Assembly (NCBI RefSeq): GCF_009834535.1
Contig: NC_045697.1
Span: 79,548,001 to 79,612,000 of the forward strand
DNA length: 64,000 nt
Direction: 5' to 3'
Origin: Camelus ferus
Taxonomy: Eukaryota
Shown: positions 27,915 to 40,559 of the stretch, piece by piece
How the letters are laid out: the number at the start of each line of letters is the position of its first letter
Numbering within the stretch: the first letter of the stretch is position 1
Translations under genes and position numbers: made by a program
Notes under the pieces: generated by a model
The model's database searches: none
Told to the model about the DNA's origin: nothing
Seen by the model: only the letters and a program-made list of their open reading frames with translations

Positions 27915-28519
27915 GATGCTTTGATAAAGTTGGCCTTTGGGAGCCTCCCTAAATTGATTCCTGTGTCCTTTGACACAGTGCCAATGTTCTTCAATAGTTT
28001 CCTTGCTTTCTGGCATAAGACAGTGTCCTAAGTTCACCTTATACTTTCTCTGCCTCAGATGTGAAATCAGCCTTTTCCCCGAAAAACCCTGATTCTTTTT
28101 AGTGGGTAATGGTATTTAGTTTCAAAATCTGGGCATTAGGAATGCTTTCCATGGAACAAGTTACAATAGGAAAATTACAAATTTGATGACAATAAAACAT
28201 ATCAGCATGTTTCTCCAAAGCAGAAAAACTATGAAGCTCAATAGAATGGACAAGAATAATACTAAAAAACCAATAAAAATGAAAAAAATGAATAAGGAAT
28301 TCTCAAAAGATGTAATACCAATGAATACAATGTTTAACTTCCTAATAATAAAAAGAGAACATATACTGTTAATTTTCCTTTGTCAATTTGGTAGATTTTC
28401 TTTAAAAGAAATAAGCTTCAATGTCAATAAGAAGGTGGTAAAACTGTAAGCTTTTTGGCCTTCTGCTAAGTGATTGGGCAATATGAATTAAGTTGCATTA
28501 TTAAAAACTTGTGACCACT

Positions 28520-28945
28520 TGTACTAGTTAGGACAGAGCTTAAGATATGGTGACAAAAGAGGTGTCAAATAAAGTGTCTTAAAAAGCAAATTTATTTTTT
28601 TCTCACACAACAGTCCATAGTGAGTGGTCTTGGTTGGAAGGACAGCTCTGCTGTCTGTGGTCATTTGGGGATCCCTGTTTCCTTCCATTCTCTTGCTCTG
28701 CTGAATTTCCAAAGTGTTAAAGCTGTATGATTGAAGCTAGGTTACAGGCAAGTCTGTGTTCCAGCTTGCACAAAGGGGAAAGAAAGAAGTCTAGGATAAG
28801 GAATTTTCTTTTAAGCAAGAGAGGTAGAATTCTGCTTACAAGGCCATATATACCTAGCTGCAAGGGAGGTGGGAGCTGTGGTCTTTGGACAGTCAACTAT
28901 GTATCTAGCTTAAACATTATTATTTTGGAAGAAGATGGTATTCTT
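28520..28945 (-). mobile_element. MaLR LTR (MLT1J-like)
   Basis: tttatttttttctcacacaacagtcc..cctagctgcaagggaggtggga. Confidence 0.65.
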
Positions 28946-30166
28946 TGATTCAGTAATTCCATTTTCTGGTAATCTATCCTAATGAAATAAATCAATCACA
29001 GAAATTAAGTGTTAACTACTTAAAGAACAATAATTCAGCCAAGGAGAGTAATGTTCAGTATGTTACTAGGGAAGAAAGCCTGTTGAGAAACATCTGTACA
29101 CTATTATTGAAGGGTTTTAGAGACCATGGTAAGGAATTAAATGAGATAGGAAGCTCGTGAAGGGTTGTAGGTTAAAGAGTGATTCAGTTTGACTAAGAAC
29201 ATTCTGTTTCCCGTATGGAAGACAGAGTGGAAGTGGTTGCCATAGTCTAGGGGACAAATGATGATGCAGTCTGAACTTGAGTTTTAGCAGTGGTAGTGAT
29301 AGTTTTTTGACTATTAAATTTTTATTAGCTGTTTAGATTTTGGAAGGAACATTTTGTCTGTGAGGCCAAACTTCCTACTTTACTTAGCCCATGTGGTAAG
29401 AGATAATGACAAAAGATCACTAAGTGGAGTGTTGGTACAGAAACATATCTGGGAATTATTATTTTAAAGTGCTCAGAGTTAATTATGTTTATAAAGTTAA
29501 AGATGAGTAAAATGCCAAGAAACTACACAAAAAGATATTTCCTGAGTAGAAAAATGTATCATTTTCATTTTTTTGTATCTTAGTTTATTGATATGCTCTT
29601 TTCTACAGAATAATAAGAAACATTTTAGCTTTGTTCTTTACATTTAAAATGGACACAGCTAGTATGTGATAGAGTTGCCATTCAAATCCAAGTCTTGTGA
29701 CTCCCAGTCCTGATGATATTCTGGCTTGATTTTCAAACTTACTTTATAATTTATGGATGGCATAAGGACTGAGAATTCCTTAACATGTTAAATGGCACTC
29801 AGTATATTTCTAAAATATCAAAAAAGTGGATTATATTGTTTTCTTATGCCCTTATTAAAGCTATAATATCAGTGTTTAGATAGTATCTACATATCCTCTT
29901 TGTTATGAAAACAGTCTAATCTAATAATAATCTGTTAATCTAATTATTAATCTAATAATTGATCTGTAATTTTATATGTAATATTTAAGTTATTTATTTA
30001 TTTATTTCCTCTTGTATTTTGTATCAAGCTTGTGATGTTTTCCTGCGAGAAAATTACCTGGTTGCTTGCGATTATGGAATTCAATATGAGACTCCATGGG
30101 GCAACTAATTTCCATTTCATCTCTGTTGGGAATAAGCCACATAAAGAATAAAACTGAGTCAATTCA

Positions 30167-30353
30167 CTTACTTTATTTTTTGATTGTTAATTAAAAATTT
30201 TTAATTGAAGTATAGATGATTTACAACGTTGTGTTAGTTTCTGGTGTACAGCATAGTGATTCAGCTATATGTGTGTGTGTGTGTGGGTGTGTATGTATTC
30301 CTTTTCCTATTCTTTTTCATTATAGGCTATCACAAGATATTGAATATAGTTCC
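30167..30353 (-). mobile_element. Short L1 3' end with TSD
   Basis: ttgaagtatagatgatttacaacgttg. TSD CTGAGTCAATTCA at 30154-30166 and 30354-30366. Confidence 0.9.
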
Positions 30354-33300
30354 CTGAGTCAATTCATTTATTCTTATTACTTGTTGAACACCTATTATGT
30401 TTAGGTGACTGTAAATAATACCAAAGTGCATGACATTCAATGGGTTTATAAGCTGGTTAGGGAGATCTTATTTCTACATAAATATCTGAAATGCAGTTGA
30501 TAAGCCAAATTCACAGGAAGTAATACAGTTAAGAGTGCATTCTCCTCTCGGTTAGGGAAGAATTACATTTCTGGTCATTGCTGCCTAGCTTGGCTATGCT
30601 TTTGCTTCATAAAAGCTTAATAATTTTGATTATTCTTACCTTAAAGGTTATATTACCATTTATCATAGTGAATTTAGGGTAAAACATGGGTTTTTTTTTT
30701 TATCAGTCTTCAGATTTAGTATTAGATACAGAACATATTATAAGGAGCCTTGATAAAGCCATTACTTCCAGAACTTATTACAGAAATAGAATTAGAAACC
30801 CTATGCCAAATCAAAGAAAATCTTATTTGAAATTATATGTATTGTTCAAATATTCACCTCCCTCAATTCTAATATTGGTGATCAATAAATGGTTACTGAA
30901 TGAGTGAATGCAAGCATGAATAGATGATCCTGACTTTCTGCCTACTTACGGACCTGTCTGTCCATCTAGGTGGAGAAGTTTATTTCTGTTGGACTGTATC
31001 TAAGTCCTCTTATGGTGGAATTATTGTATGTGGCACTGAGTCTAGTGGTTACCTCCCTGAGATCTTCCATGAACTAAAATCAGTGGTGACTAGCTTAAAT
31101 AAAATATACACAAAATCTATCAATATTTTATGGTATATATCATCATATGAATATGATCTAAAGAAAGGTGGGGGAGGTGGTGGTGATTTGTGGATGAAAT
31201 CACTCCCATGGTATTGGCATCTTGACTCATTCTTCACCCTCCCTGAACCAGGGGTGGAAGTTCAGTTACTTCCCATATAGCTGATAAATTCTGGCTGCTA
31301 ACAAATCCGAGTGCTCTTCTTGCTTATTTTTTCCTTCTGTTAGAAACAGAAGGAATCAGGCAAAAAAAAAAAAAAATCTTGTGAGAAAACAACAGTTCCT
31401 TACTCTGTACCACCTGCTTAAATGCAAGCTAAAGGCATCCAAATGATGCAACCCTTGAGTGTGGAAGAGGCTGGCGGATGGGCTGTCACGTCTGGCTGAT
31501 CTGATGTCAGAGCAGATCATGTGGTGCTCTGTGGGCAGCTGGGACTGGCCCGCCGAAAGCACATGGATTACAGTCTGAGGCTGTAATGGGAAAGTCGGCT
31601 CCTGGACTACCGTCTCATAGACATCAGCCTGCGGGGAAGCTGGGGGCTCCCTGATTTGCCCTGCTCTGGGGCCCCTCCTGCTGCGTGACTCACAGGCACA
31701 GTGCTGAGAGAAGCTGCCGCTCCCTGTAAGTGCTTAAAGAAGGTCTTTATTCAGAGCATTTTGGAAGCGGAAAAGAGGCATTGGTGTTGATGGGGGTTCC
31801 TGGAAGCCCTTTGTAAAATACTCTCCCAGGGTCTGGGCTGGGCAGCTTTGCTTTCTGTGTCACCCTGGAGTTCACAGGCTCAGCTGGTATGCAAATGTCC
31901 CTCCAGCCACGATTTCAGTTTGTTCTCCACGTGATGCATTTTTCTGAATTGTATTTTCTATTTTTGTAATTGAAGGATAGATTTTTTAGATCTGGTTAAT
32001 GTGAATCAGTTTCAGATTTGCAGACCCTTGAGTGGACGTGGTATTCTCCATATGGTGAGCCGGGAGAGGGGAAAGAGGGTGGTGGCTCTCTTGGTCAAAA
32101 TCCCTGATTATGTTCAGATACTGGCTGTGTCTGTGCTGGAGAAATATTTAGTGGTTGCCGCCTCTTTTCTGCTTTGGGTGAGTAGGTGGTGAGAGAGAAA
32201 GCAGGGTGAAGCAGCAGGGAGGAGTGTGTAGCTTTAGGTAGTTACTGGTAAATTGCCTTCTTTTAATGGTCAAATTGATATTAGGTGGTGTCAGCTGGCA
32301 GAACAGGTGCCGGTAGTGGGAGAATGATGGAGTTCTCTCTCGCTTTTTCCAGCAAGCAAATTGTCTTTCCTGCTTCACAAGCCCAATTAACGAGCGGTGA
32401 GAAGTGCGAGAGTACAGATTTCTAAGCGTTGGTTTTTGTTTTTTTGCTGGTAACAAACATCACATTCCCACACCCATGCATCAGGAGCGATCCTCACCTT
32501 GGCTGTTTAGGTGTGGCCTTTTGGGAGAGCAAGGGAATAAATCCAATTAACATCTTTCTCTTCCTTCTAGGCATATGACACTAAATTTGTTTTAGAGACT
32601 GAAAATAAGTGTGTGTGGTTGGAAGGGGCTGTAAAGGGAAATTTAGGAGAACAAATTGTTTATTTGCCTTCACACTTTTCTATGAACACTTAACTGAATT
32701 TTAGCTCGAGGTATAGGATGTCCACTTGAAAGACAATGGCAAATAAAATAAAATATTTATTTTTCGTTTTATTTTGAGGGATGATCCTAGTCTCTTCTGT
32801 GAGTATCTGCACGAACTGTAGGCTTTGGGGCCAAAGACTGATTCCAGAAACATTTAGGCATTAAAGAAACTTTTGGGTGGGAATGATGGTGAGCTGGGAG
32901 CAAAGACAGTAAGGTTAGATGAGGTCTATTCTTTTTTATAGCCTTTTGCAAGAGATGATTTAAGTCACAGAACATCACACAACAGACAAGGACTTGCCCC
33001 ACCCATAGTGTTGTGAACATTATTCACTTGCCATTTTATTCCACTGAATTGCATGGGCACTAAGTGCAGAGAGGGTTCTAATTCATCCTCTGAGTTCTGT
33101 GAAACAGAGGACAAGTGAAATAAAATGAAGCCATAGGAAAATGAAGATTTCCCCGTCCTGCCCCACCCACCTTGTTCTCCTTCCATATTGTTGAGTGAAG
33201 CTAGATTTGTGCTGGAAAGGGACCTACCACTGCTTGTCATTTTGTTAGTTATTTCAGAGAAGCTGACAAAGCGCACAGGACCTACAGCTAGTACTTGCCA

Positions 33301-34407
33301 GGGGTGAGTGGGTGAGCACAGTGTGAGGAATGTTTTCAGAGGTGCTCTTACTGACCCTCAATCTCTGCCTTCTCTGCCGGACCTGAGACCACACCCCCTT
33401 TATTGGCTACGTGCCAAACACCATCTCTCTCTGAAGGGAAGCCTGATGCAGCGATGCCCGTGCTTGGGTGTGTTAATTCTTTGGACATAAAACCGAGGAG
33501 CCCTCATCTTTCTGTAAGCAAACAACACCTGCTTCTCAGGGTAGTGATGACCATTTATGGGAGTTTTAGAATTTCTTCTCTTCAAAAATTGATCCACTAC
33601 TATGAAAAGAAATGGAAGAAAATTACGCATTTCCCAATCTCACTCACACAAGCTTCATGTTACTGTCTTTGTGTTCCCTTGTCTTAATCGTCACTTTCGG
33701 CAGGCTATGATTAATGCAGAGGCCATCTACACCCCAGATTTCTACTTTTCAGGGAAGGCACATGCAGTTAGGGACTTATTGCTGAACAAACCTTCAGGAC
33801 TGACAGTTCATCCCTCTCCCTTTTTTTTTTTTTTTTTTTTTTTTTTTATAGAGGGGAACACTGGCCAGAGTTATACATGAGATGAGTGACAGAATCAGGA
33901 CCAGAACCCAGATCTCTTGATTTCTGACTCAGTGCACCTTCTGCAACCACATAACTTAAGGAAAGAGCATTTTCCTACAAACTTAGGTGTTTCTTCCATT
34001 TTAGGTTATTTTTCTCTTTATTGAGCTGTAATTTTACTAGAATACCACTGCAATTTCACTTTCTAAGAATATCTTGGAATAGATTGAAAAGTCCTTAAAA
34101 AGAAAATTATTTTATTTTTTTAGAGGCATAGCATGTATATATTCTTTGCAGGTCACGTGATGAGATCTCAAAAACGTGATCATTAGTCTTCCAATCTTGC
34201 CTTACTGGGATTGAGGACCACCCTAATTAATAAGGGGATGATTGTTCAGTTTTGGCCATCAAATCAAATGCCACAAGAACATTTAGAAACTTTTTCCAAT
34301 TTGGGTAGTTTTCTGAGTCATATTAGTGTTCTTTCTTTATGCAGGTCCTGTTTATAGTGACATATTTAAAATCATTTAAGAGATGTTTAATTTAAAATAA
34401 AGCTTCA

Positions 34408-35041
34408 CTCTAATTCGAAAAGATACATGTACCCCAGTGCTCATAGCAGCACTATTTACAATAGCCAAGACATGGAAACAAACTAAATATCCATCAGCAG
34501 ATGACTAGATAAAGAAGTTGTACTAAATATATACAATGGAATACTACTCAGCCATAAAAAATAACAAAATAATGCCATTTGCAACATGGATGGACCTGAA
34601 GATCATTATTCTAAGTGAAGTAAGCCAGGAGGAGAAAGCAAAAGAAAAATACCGTATATCTAAAAATACCATGTGGAATCTAAAAAAATTATGCAAATGA
34701 ACTTATTTACAAAACAGAAATAGACTCACAGACATAGAAAACAAACTATGGTTACCAGAGGGGAAAAGGTCTGGGAAGGGATAAATTGGGAGTTCAAGAT
34801 TTGCAGATACTAACTACTATATATAAAATAGATAAATAAGAAATTCATATTATACAATGCAGGAAACTATATTCAATATCTTGTAGTAATCTATAATGAA
34901 AAAGAATATGGTAAAGAAATGTGTATATATGTATGACTGAAACATTAATTACATTGTATGCCAGAAATTGAGACAACATTGTAAACTGACTATACTTCAA
35001 TTAAAAAAAAGAAAAGAAAAAATAAAATAAATCAATAAAAA
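34408..35041 (+). mobile_element. L1 3' end (probable 3' transduction extending to ~35200)
   Basis: aaagatacatgtaccccagtgctcatagcagcactatttacaatagccaagacatgg..tatacttcaattaaaaaaaa. Confidence 0.92.
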
Positions 35042-36547
35042 TTAGAAATAATTATAACTGTACATGAGCTTGAAGAATAAAACCCAGCTCAATCTGTTTC
35101 ACCAAATGTGGAAGCCATTAATTCAGTTAAAAATTATTTTCAAGCAAATGCTGTTTTCAGCTACTTTAATCAATAAAATTTTGCCTGGAAAAAAGTAAAA
35201 TAAAATAAGCCTTCATCTTGACTTACTCTCCTTAGATTACTGCTAGACTCAAAAGAGATTTTTGAAAAAATACTTATTGATTGAATGAAAGAATTTACAG
35301 AACACTACAATGCCTGCTGATGAGTATAATGAATTTTAAAAGGTAGTGCAATGTTATGCCATCCCTTAATGGTACTAGAAAGCCCATCTGTTAATTAGTC
35401 AATCTAATTTTAGTCAGGGTGAGATTCACATATTTGTTTGAAATCAATATACATATGAATAAATGTCACATGTAATTCATCTATGTTAATGCTGTTTGTA
35501 AAAGCATTAACACATAATTAGATTGGGTGTGTTTTAATTACATTTTTTGGAAACCTTGGCTACTATACAGAAGCCCTCTGATTATATCCTTAATGTGCAA
35601 TAATCAGTTTCTACTGGTCTAGTGAGGGCATCTTTTCATTCTAGATGTTAAACTATAGTGATATATTGGGAGAAATTAGTTCTGGTCGCTTTGAGTGGTT
35701 TCAACAAGAATAATTGGAACACTGTTCTACAGAGCCTGCACTCTAGCTTAGAAACAAATGACTGCATGTGTGGCATTTCTAAATGGTGACATATTCAAGG
35801 AACCCTCTAGCTGATTTTTTTTTTAAGCTTCAGGTTATGGAGTGGGGGAAAAACACAGAAAAAGGAAATTAGGCATTAATGTTCCTAATATGGAAAGACA
35901 GAGACTCCAAATAAAGGTACCACTTATTTTAAAAAGATGTAACTGAGAGGAAATGGAAAAAAGAAAAAAAAACCGAAAACAAAACAGATGTTCAGTGGAT
36001 CCTCAGTACAGTGAATAGCTGTTGTCTTGGATATAAATTTCACCGTTTAAGGTCTTGGGTGCCTTTAACCAGTTCCATTTAGGCAGAAAGCACAAACAAA
36101 TATCTCTTGTTGTAAATAAAGCAACAGATTTAAGTTCATGCTAATGTGTTCACAGCCATAGCCAAAAGCTTTTCAGGGTTATTATAACACACTGAGCTCT
36201 TAGCCCATCCATCTAAATGTCTAACATAGACTGAAGTTATGGATCAGTCCATTGTATACACCATCCTTCTTGAGAGCCAGATGCTACTGTTTACTGTGCT
36301 GGTGACTTTGCCAGCTTCAATATGAAATCTGAGCTTGCTATTAGAAGTTATAGACTGATTTTTCTGATCATGAATTCAAGGCCCTATATTCCAGTCTGTT
36401 TTGATTAATGCTGCTTTTTTAGAACAATCTCTTAAATCTAATTTATACCCAACTGTCTAAATTGTTTAGATGGAGGGCTTCCTTATGAAAACTGTTTATT
36501 TATTGTCTTTTTGGCTCTGGGTTTGATGTAGGTCTTCAGCATACTTT

Positions 36548-38025
36548 TAAAAAAAATTATCAAATTTATTTTTTATTGTGGATATTATAGCAGAATGTAA
36601 AAATTGAATGATAAAAATTTCTTCTAAGAGTACAATTTAACTTCATCTTAAAAAAGGTTCATCTTTTTTTTTAAACTATACATATTCAGGTAAAAAAAGG
36701 CTCTTTGACTTAAACTTATGGCTTCAGAATTAAACTCTAGAAATAAATGCTATGGCCATCTAAAAGTTTATATTGACAAACTGCATGTATTTTCAAATTA
36801 TAATGCAATATTTGTACACAGAATAACTATATATACACTTCACTTACATTGCTGATATATAATAGTTACCCAAACTGTCTTGAGAAATGAGGCTTAATAT
36901 AGATTCAAACTAAGTAGATCACTCTCAATTACAACGTTTCTTTCACAACTAAGAAGAGATAATCCACAAACATTTGCTGAATGTAAAAAAAAGTCCCATC
37001 CTTCGTGGTGTGTTCTGGGAATTCCAGTATATTTTAGATGAGATGTTGACCACGAAGGAGTTCACTTCTGTGCTCACTTGTAAAGCTGGAGGAACTCTGG
37101 TCCAAAGGAAGGGATTGCCCTCCATCCATTGGCCTCAGTGCAGCTCAAATGGAGATCTGACTGAGTAAGTGAATGCAGCCTGACCGTTTGGGAGGCCTGA
37201 GTGGAGGGGAGGGAACAGCACAGCTTTAATACAAGGGCCCACTCCTGGGAAAAGGACCATCAGGACTTGGTGCTTGGTCCCCTGGCTGGTTTGTAAAAGC
37301 CCCTTGTGATGTGCTGATTCTCATGACCTCTTCCAGGAACTTGAGCACTATTAGCATCTCCGCCATTGCTTCTCGTATAGACTGCAGGGATCTCTCTATC
37401 TTCAGTTCTTGGAGGAGAAAATTGATTTCCTTCCTTGAACTCAGGTTGACCACCGTCATCAACTTTCTGTAAGTGTCAGCGAGACTGGGTATATTTGCTG
37501 GCCCCTTCTCTAGCCTGGCATTCTTTAAAGTTGTCTCCATCTTGGCATACTCCTTTTTAGCCACACAGATCTTGTCAACGAGGTGGCATTTCTCCTCAAT
37601 CTGTGCAGCCAGTGTTTTTGCCAGTTGCTTTTCATGTCTTCCATTAAGTTGACTTCAACAGACTGAATAAATCTGAAAGAAAGTAAGACACCCACCAATA
37701 AGCTGAGGACAGGCAGACTCAACACTGTCTCCCAGTGGAGGCTCTGGAACATGAACTGGGAACACAGGCCATTGGGCAGCAGCAAAACCAGGCCCATACT
37801 CAGATTTCTAAGGATCAGCCCGAAGCCAAGCTCCACAGAGGACAGCAGCCCCTCCATGGCACTGATCCACTAGAGGGCTCTGCCCAGTTACCGTGGATCC
37901 ACCAGCCACAGCAAGCCCCAGGGGACACCCCAACATTCTACCTAGAACCCAACCTGCAGCTGACATCCTGGATTGGTCAGTTATCTGGTCATTGTCGGTG
38001 GGGAGGAGGGGAGGTTGTCAGAGGA
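36548..38025 (-). pseudogene. CTAGE5: CTAGE5/MIA2 (TANGO1-like) family retrocopy, internally shortened, with a 1-bp frameshift
   Basis: ORFs 37525-37857 and 37226-37564 join across a 1-bp deletion at ~37655. The joined frame reads LHWETVLSLPVLSLLVGVLLSFRFIQSV(R)SQLNGRHEKQLAKTLAAQIEEKCHLVDKICVAKKEY..LKNARLEK, resembling cTAGE5 FPWELVI..FFLWRSFRSVRSRLYVGREKKLA..IEEKSKLLEKFSLVQKEY..LKDASFEK. Intronless. AATAAA on the minus strand at 36565-36577. Perfect TSD TCTTCAGCATACTTT at 36533-36547 and 38026-38040. Confidence 0.88.
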
Positions 38026-40559
38026 TCTTCAGCATACTTTCGTCCTTTGTCTCGAGCATGTAAAAGAAGTCATGAAGATCTATTGCACCAACACACCACT
38101 ACCACACAGCCTTTGAGAAGATTGGGTAGAAAAATAGTTCTATGTGTACAGATAGAAAACAGCTATCTACTGCTCTCAGTTGAAAAGAAAATTCCATTAT
38201 TCAAGACCCAGTACTGGGTTTTGTTGACTCAGTTAGATCCCTTGTTTTAATCTTACCCCATTTGATTTGTGCCTTTTTATCATATTTTGAGGAAATATCA
38301 TAAGCAGTAATAATAACAATAGCAATTGCCATAGGCTGGCACTTCCTATATGCTAGGCCCTTTCAACATTACCTTTATTTATGGACATTTCAAAAATAGG
38401 AAGAGTAACTTGCACCAAAGTACATGACTTGTCAGCCAGGATTTCCAACCAGGTCTTCCCAAGTCTAAAGCTCTCTCTCTCTGTAAGTTAGAAACTTATG
38501 CTTATTGTTTCAACTATCAATTTCTGTTGAGTTGTGTATACAAACATAAAAGTTGTGACAAAACAGTTTTTATCTACATACAACACAGATTTGGTGATGG
38601 GGGGATGTTGACTTACAGATGAGAGAATGCCTTTATTTTAGAGAAGATTTCATTATGTTAATAAATTGTGGTGTGATACGGTTAAAAGGCATGGAGAATG
38701 CTTGGAAGTAACACTTACTGCTTGTTAGTTCTACTGTAGGTATCTAGAAGATAGTCCCCTTAGCAAGTTCCTAATGAAAATATCATAATTTAATAAAAAT
38801 TTGCATTATAGGACCTTATTATTAAAAGGATACTTCTTTTAACTTTATCCAAAACATGGTAGACTTGAAAGTCCTGCAATGATTAAGGACTTCCTGAAGG
38901 TAATCAATGTAACTTAATTCATTAATAGAAATATTTCACATAGCAATATTACTAGAAGTCTGAAAAAGCACATTGTCATATTTGTTATATTTTCCTCCTT
39001 TTGTGTATCAGTTCACGTCCCTGAAATTGGGTTGCCAGTTGCCCACTTACCTTAGATTTCCTTAAGTTCCTTGAGAGAAAGGCCATGTTTTACCTGTGTG
39101 TTCTCAGAGCTGGTCACAATGGCTGGTACAAGATGTTACTTGTTCACAAAATTGCCACCCACCTGGAGGGCAGCTCTCTAAAAAATGTAAGCTTAGTGGT
39201 TGGAACTTCAAAGTAGGATTTCTTTGACTTTTTAGGAGAATATGTTGTAGAAAAGCAGGAAAAAAATCTAAGTAATCCAAACTGAATTGCTTGTGTCTTG
39301 TGTTTTAGCAAAGCAATTTGACAAGTCCTTTCATGCTAGCCATTCAGAATACCTATCCATTGTTGCACGTCTTGTTTGTGAACTTAAAAGTATACCTAAA
39401 AATGTGCTATTCAAGTATTAATGAAAAAGAGGTTCCAGGAAGTTTTACATGATTAGATTTTTTCTCATCTTGGTGTTGATACATCAGTTCTACAATTTAT
39501 ACTTTTTCCTTACAGCTCAATGTCATTGGGTTTTATAATAAAAGAACCATTAAGCCATCCCTCATGAAGAATGAAGCTGAGTTACAAAGTAGATTCTGCG
39601 TGATTTTACAGTTACACAATTATTTTGTTTTGCCTGTAAAAGACTATTGTTCCTCCATGTTGTATACTTAATGCTTACTAAAACTGTTGGTATGTATAAA
39701 AGCACATTCTTTCTAGTTGTAAATTTCCTTGTGGAATAGTACTGCAGAATTTTAAGTGTCTCATCCTGATATTGTACGGTATTTAATTTCAGAATAAACT
39801 AAATCTTATAAGAACATTTGGCCCAGATGTTACTAAAAATAATTGTTGCTCTAAAATTTCACAAAAGGAATAACATTCCATGATTTTCTACTTTTTATGT
39901 ACTCTGGCTTCATTTTCCATTTGGGACTGAAAAAAAATTTAGAAAAAATATTTTAAAAGGAGATGTGCTTTATAAGCTCCCAGTATGCTGCCTCAGTTAA
40001 ATCTAAATTGTTGCTGTAAAAGACAACTGTGCACTTGTGTTTAGGCACTAATCTGTTTAAATTATTTAAAATTTAATTTGGAAAAAAGACAAATCCCCTT
40101 AACAACAGCTAGCCCAGTATATGTTACTTAATCAATGCTTAGCTAGGTTGGAAGGACAGAAAATGATCTGTAGCAACTGGACTGTAATACAGATCTCATT
40201 TGGATGTGGGACAATTTTGAAAAGTGGTCTTGCTTTCAGTTTAACCACCAGAGAAATAAACAGAGAGAGGCTTTGCTCTACTGAAGAAAGACTTGGAACA
40301 CAAATATAGAAAGATTTGAACCGGAATAAGCCAAACTTGTCATAGTAGGTAAAGGAGATGACAGTACGCTGAAGTGGCGATCTTTTAGACCACAGTAGCT
40401 CTAAAACCCGAACACAGTATTGGATTAGACAGATGGCTGGAGATTTCTGATTTTAGAGATAGAAGGGTAATTTTCCAATCTAAATCTGGTAGGATACCAA
40501 AGTTAGATTATTTTAAGCTGTGACTGGTAATCATAGTTAATTATTTGTTTTAATGATAT

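Larger units (their letters stand above)
26130..28140 (-). mobile_element. Old L1 (L1MC/L1ME-like) 3' UTR with nested SINE and LTR
   Basis: Long degenerate L1M 3' UTR motifs (acataatactattatcaca; gaaatcagccttttccccgaaaaaccctg). Confidence 0.7.

Noticed and set aside
30924..31280. 118-aa + strand ORF
   Set aside because: No recognisable homology; this length is expected by chance.
34152..34161. GTCACGTGAT E-box/CLEAR-like motif
   Set aside because: A single isolated motif with no promoter context.
37735..38250. 171-aa + strand ORF
   Set aside because: It is antisense to the CTAGE-like retrocopy and crosses its TSD, so it is most likely a shadow ORF.
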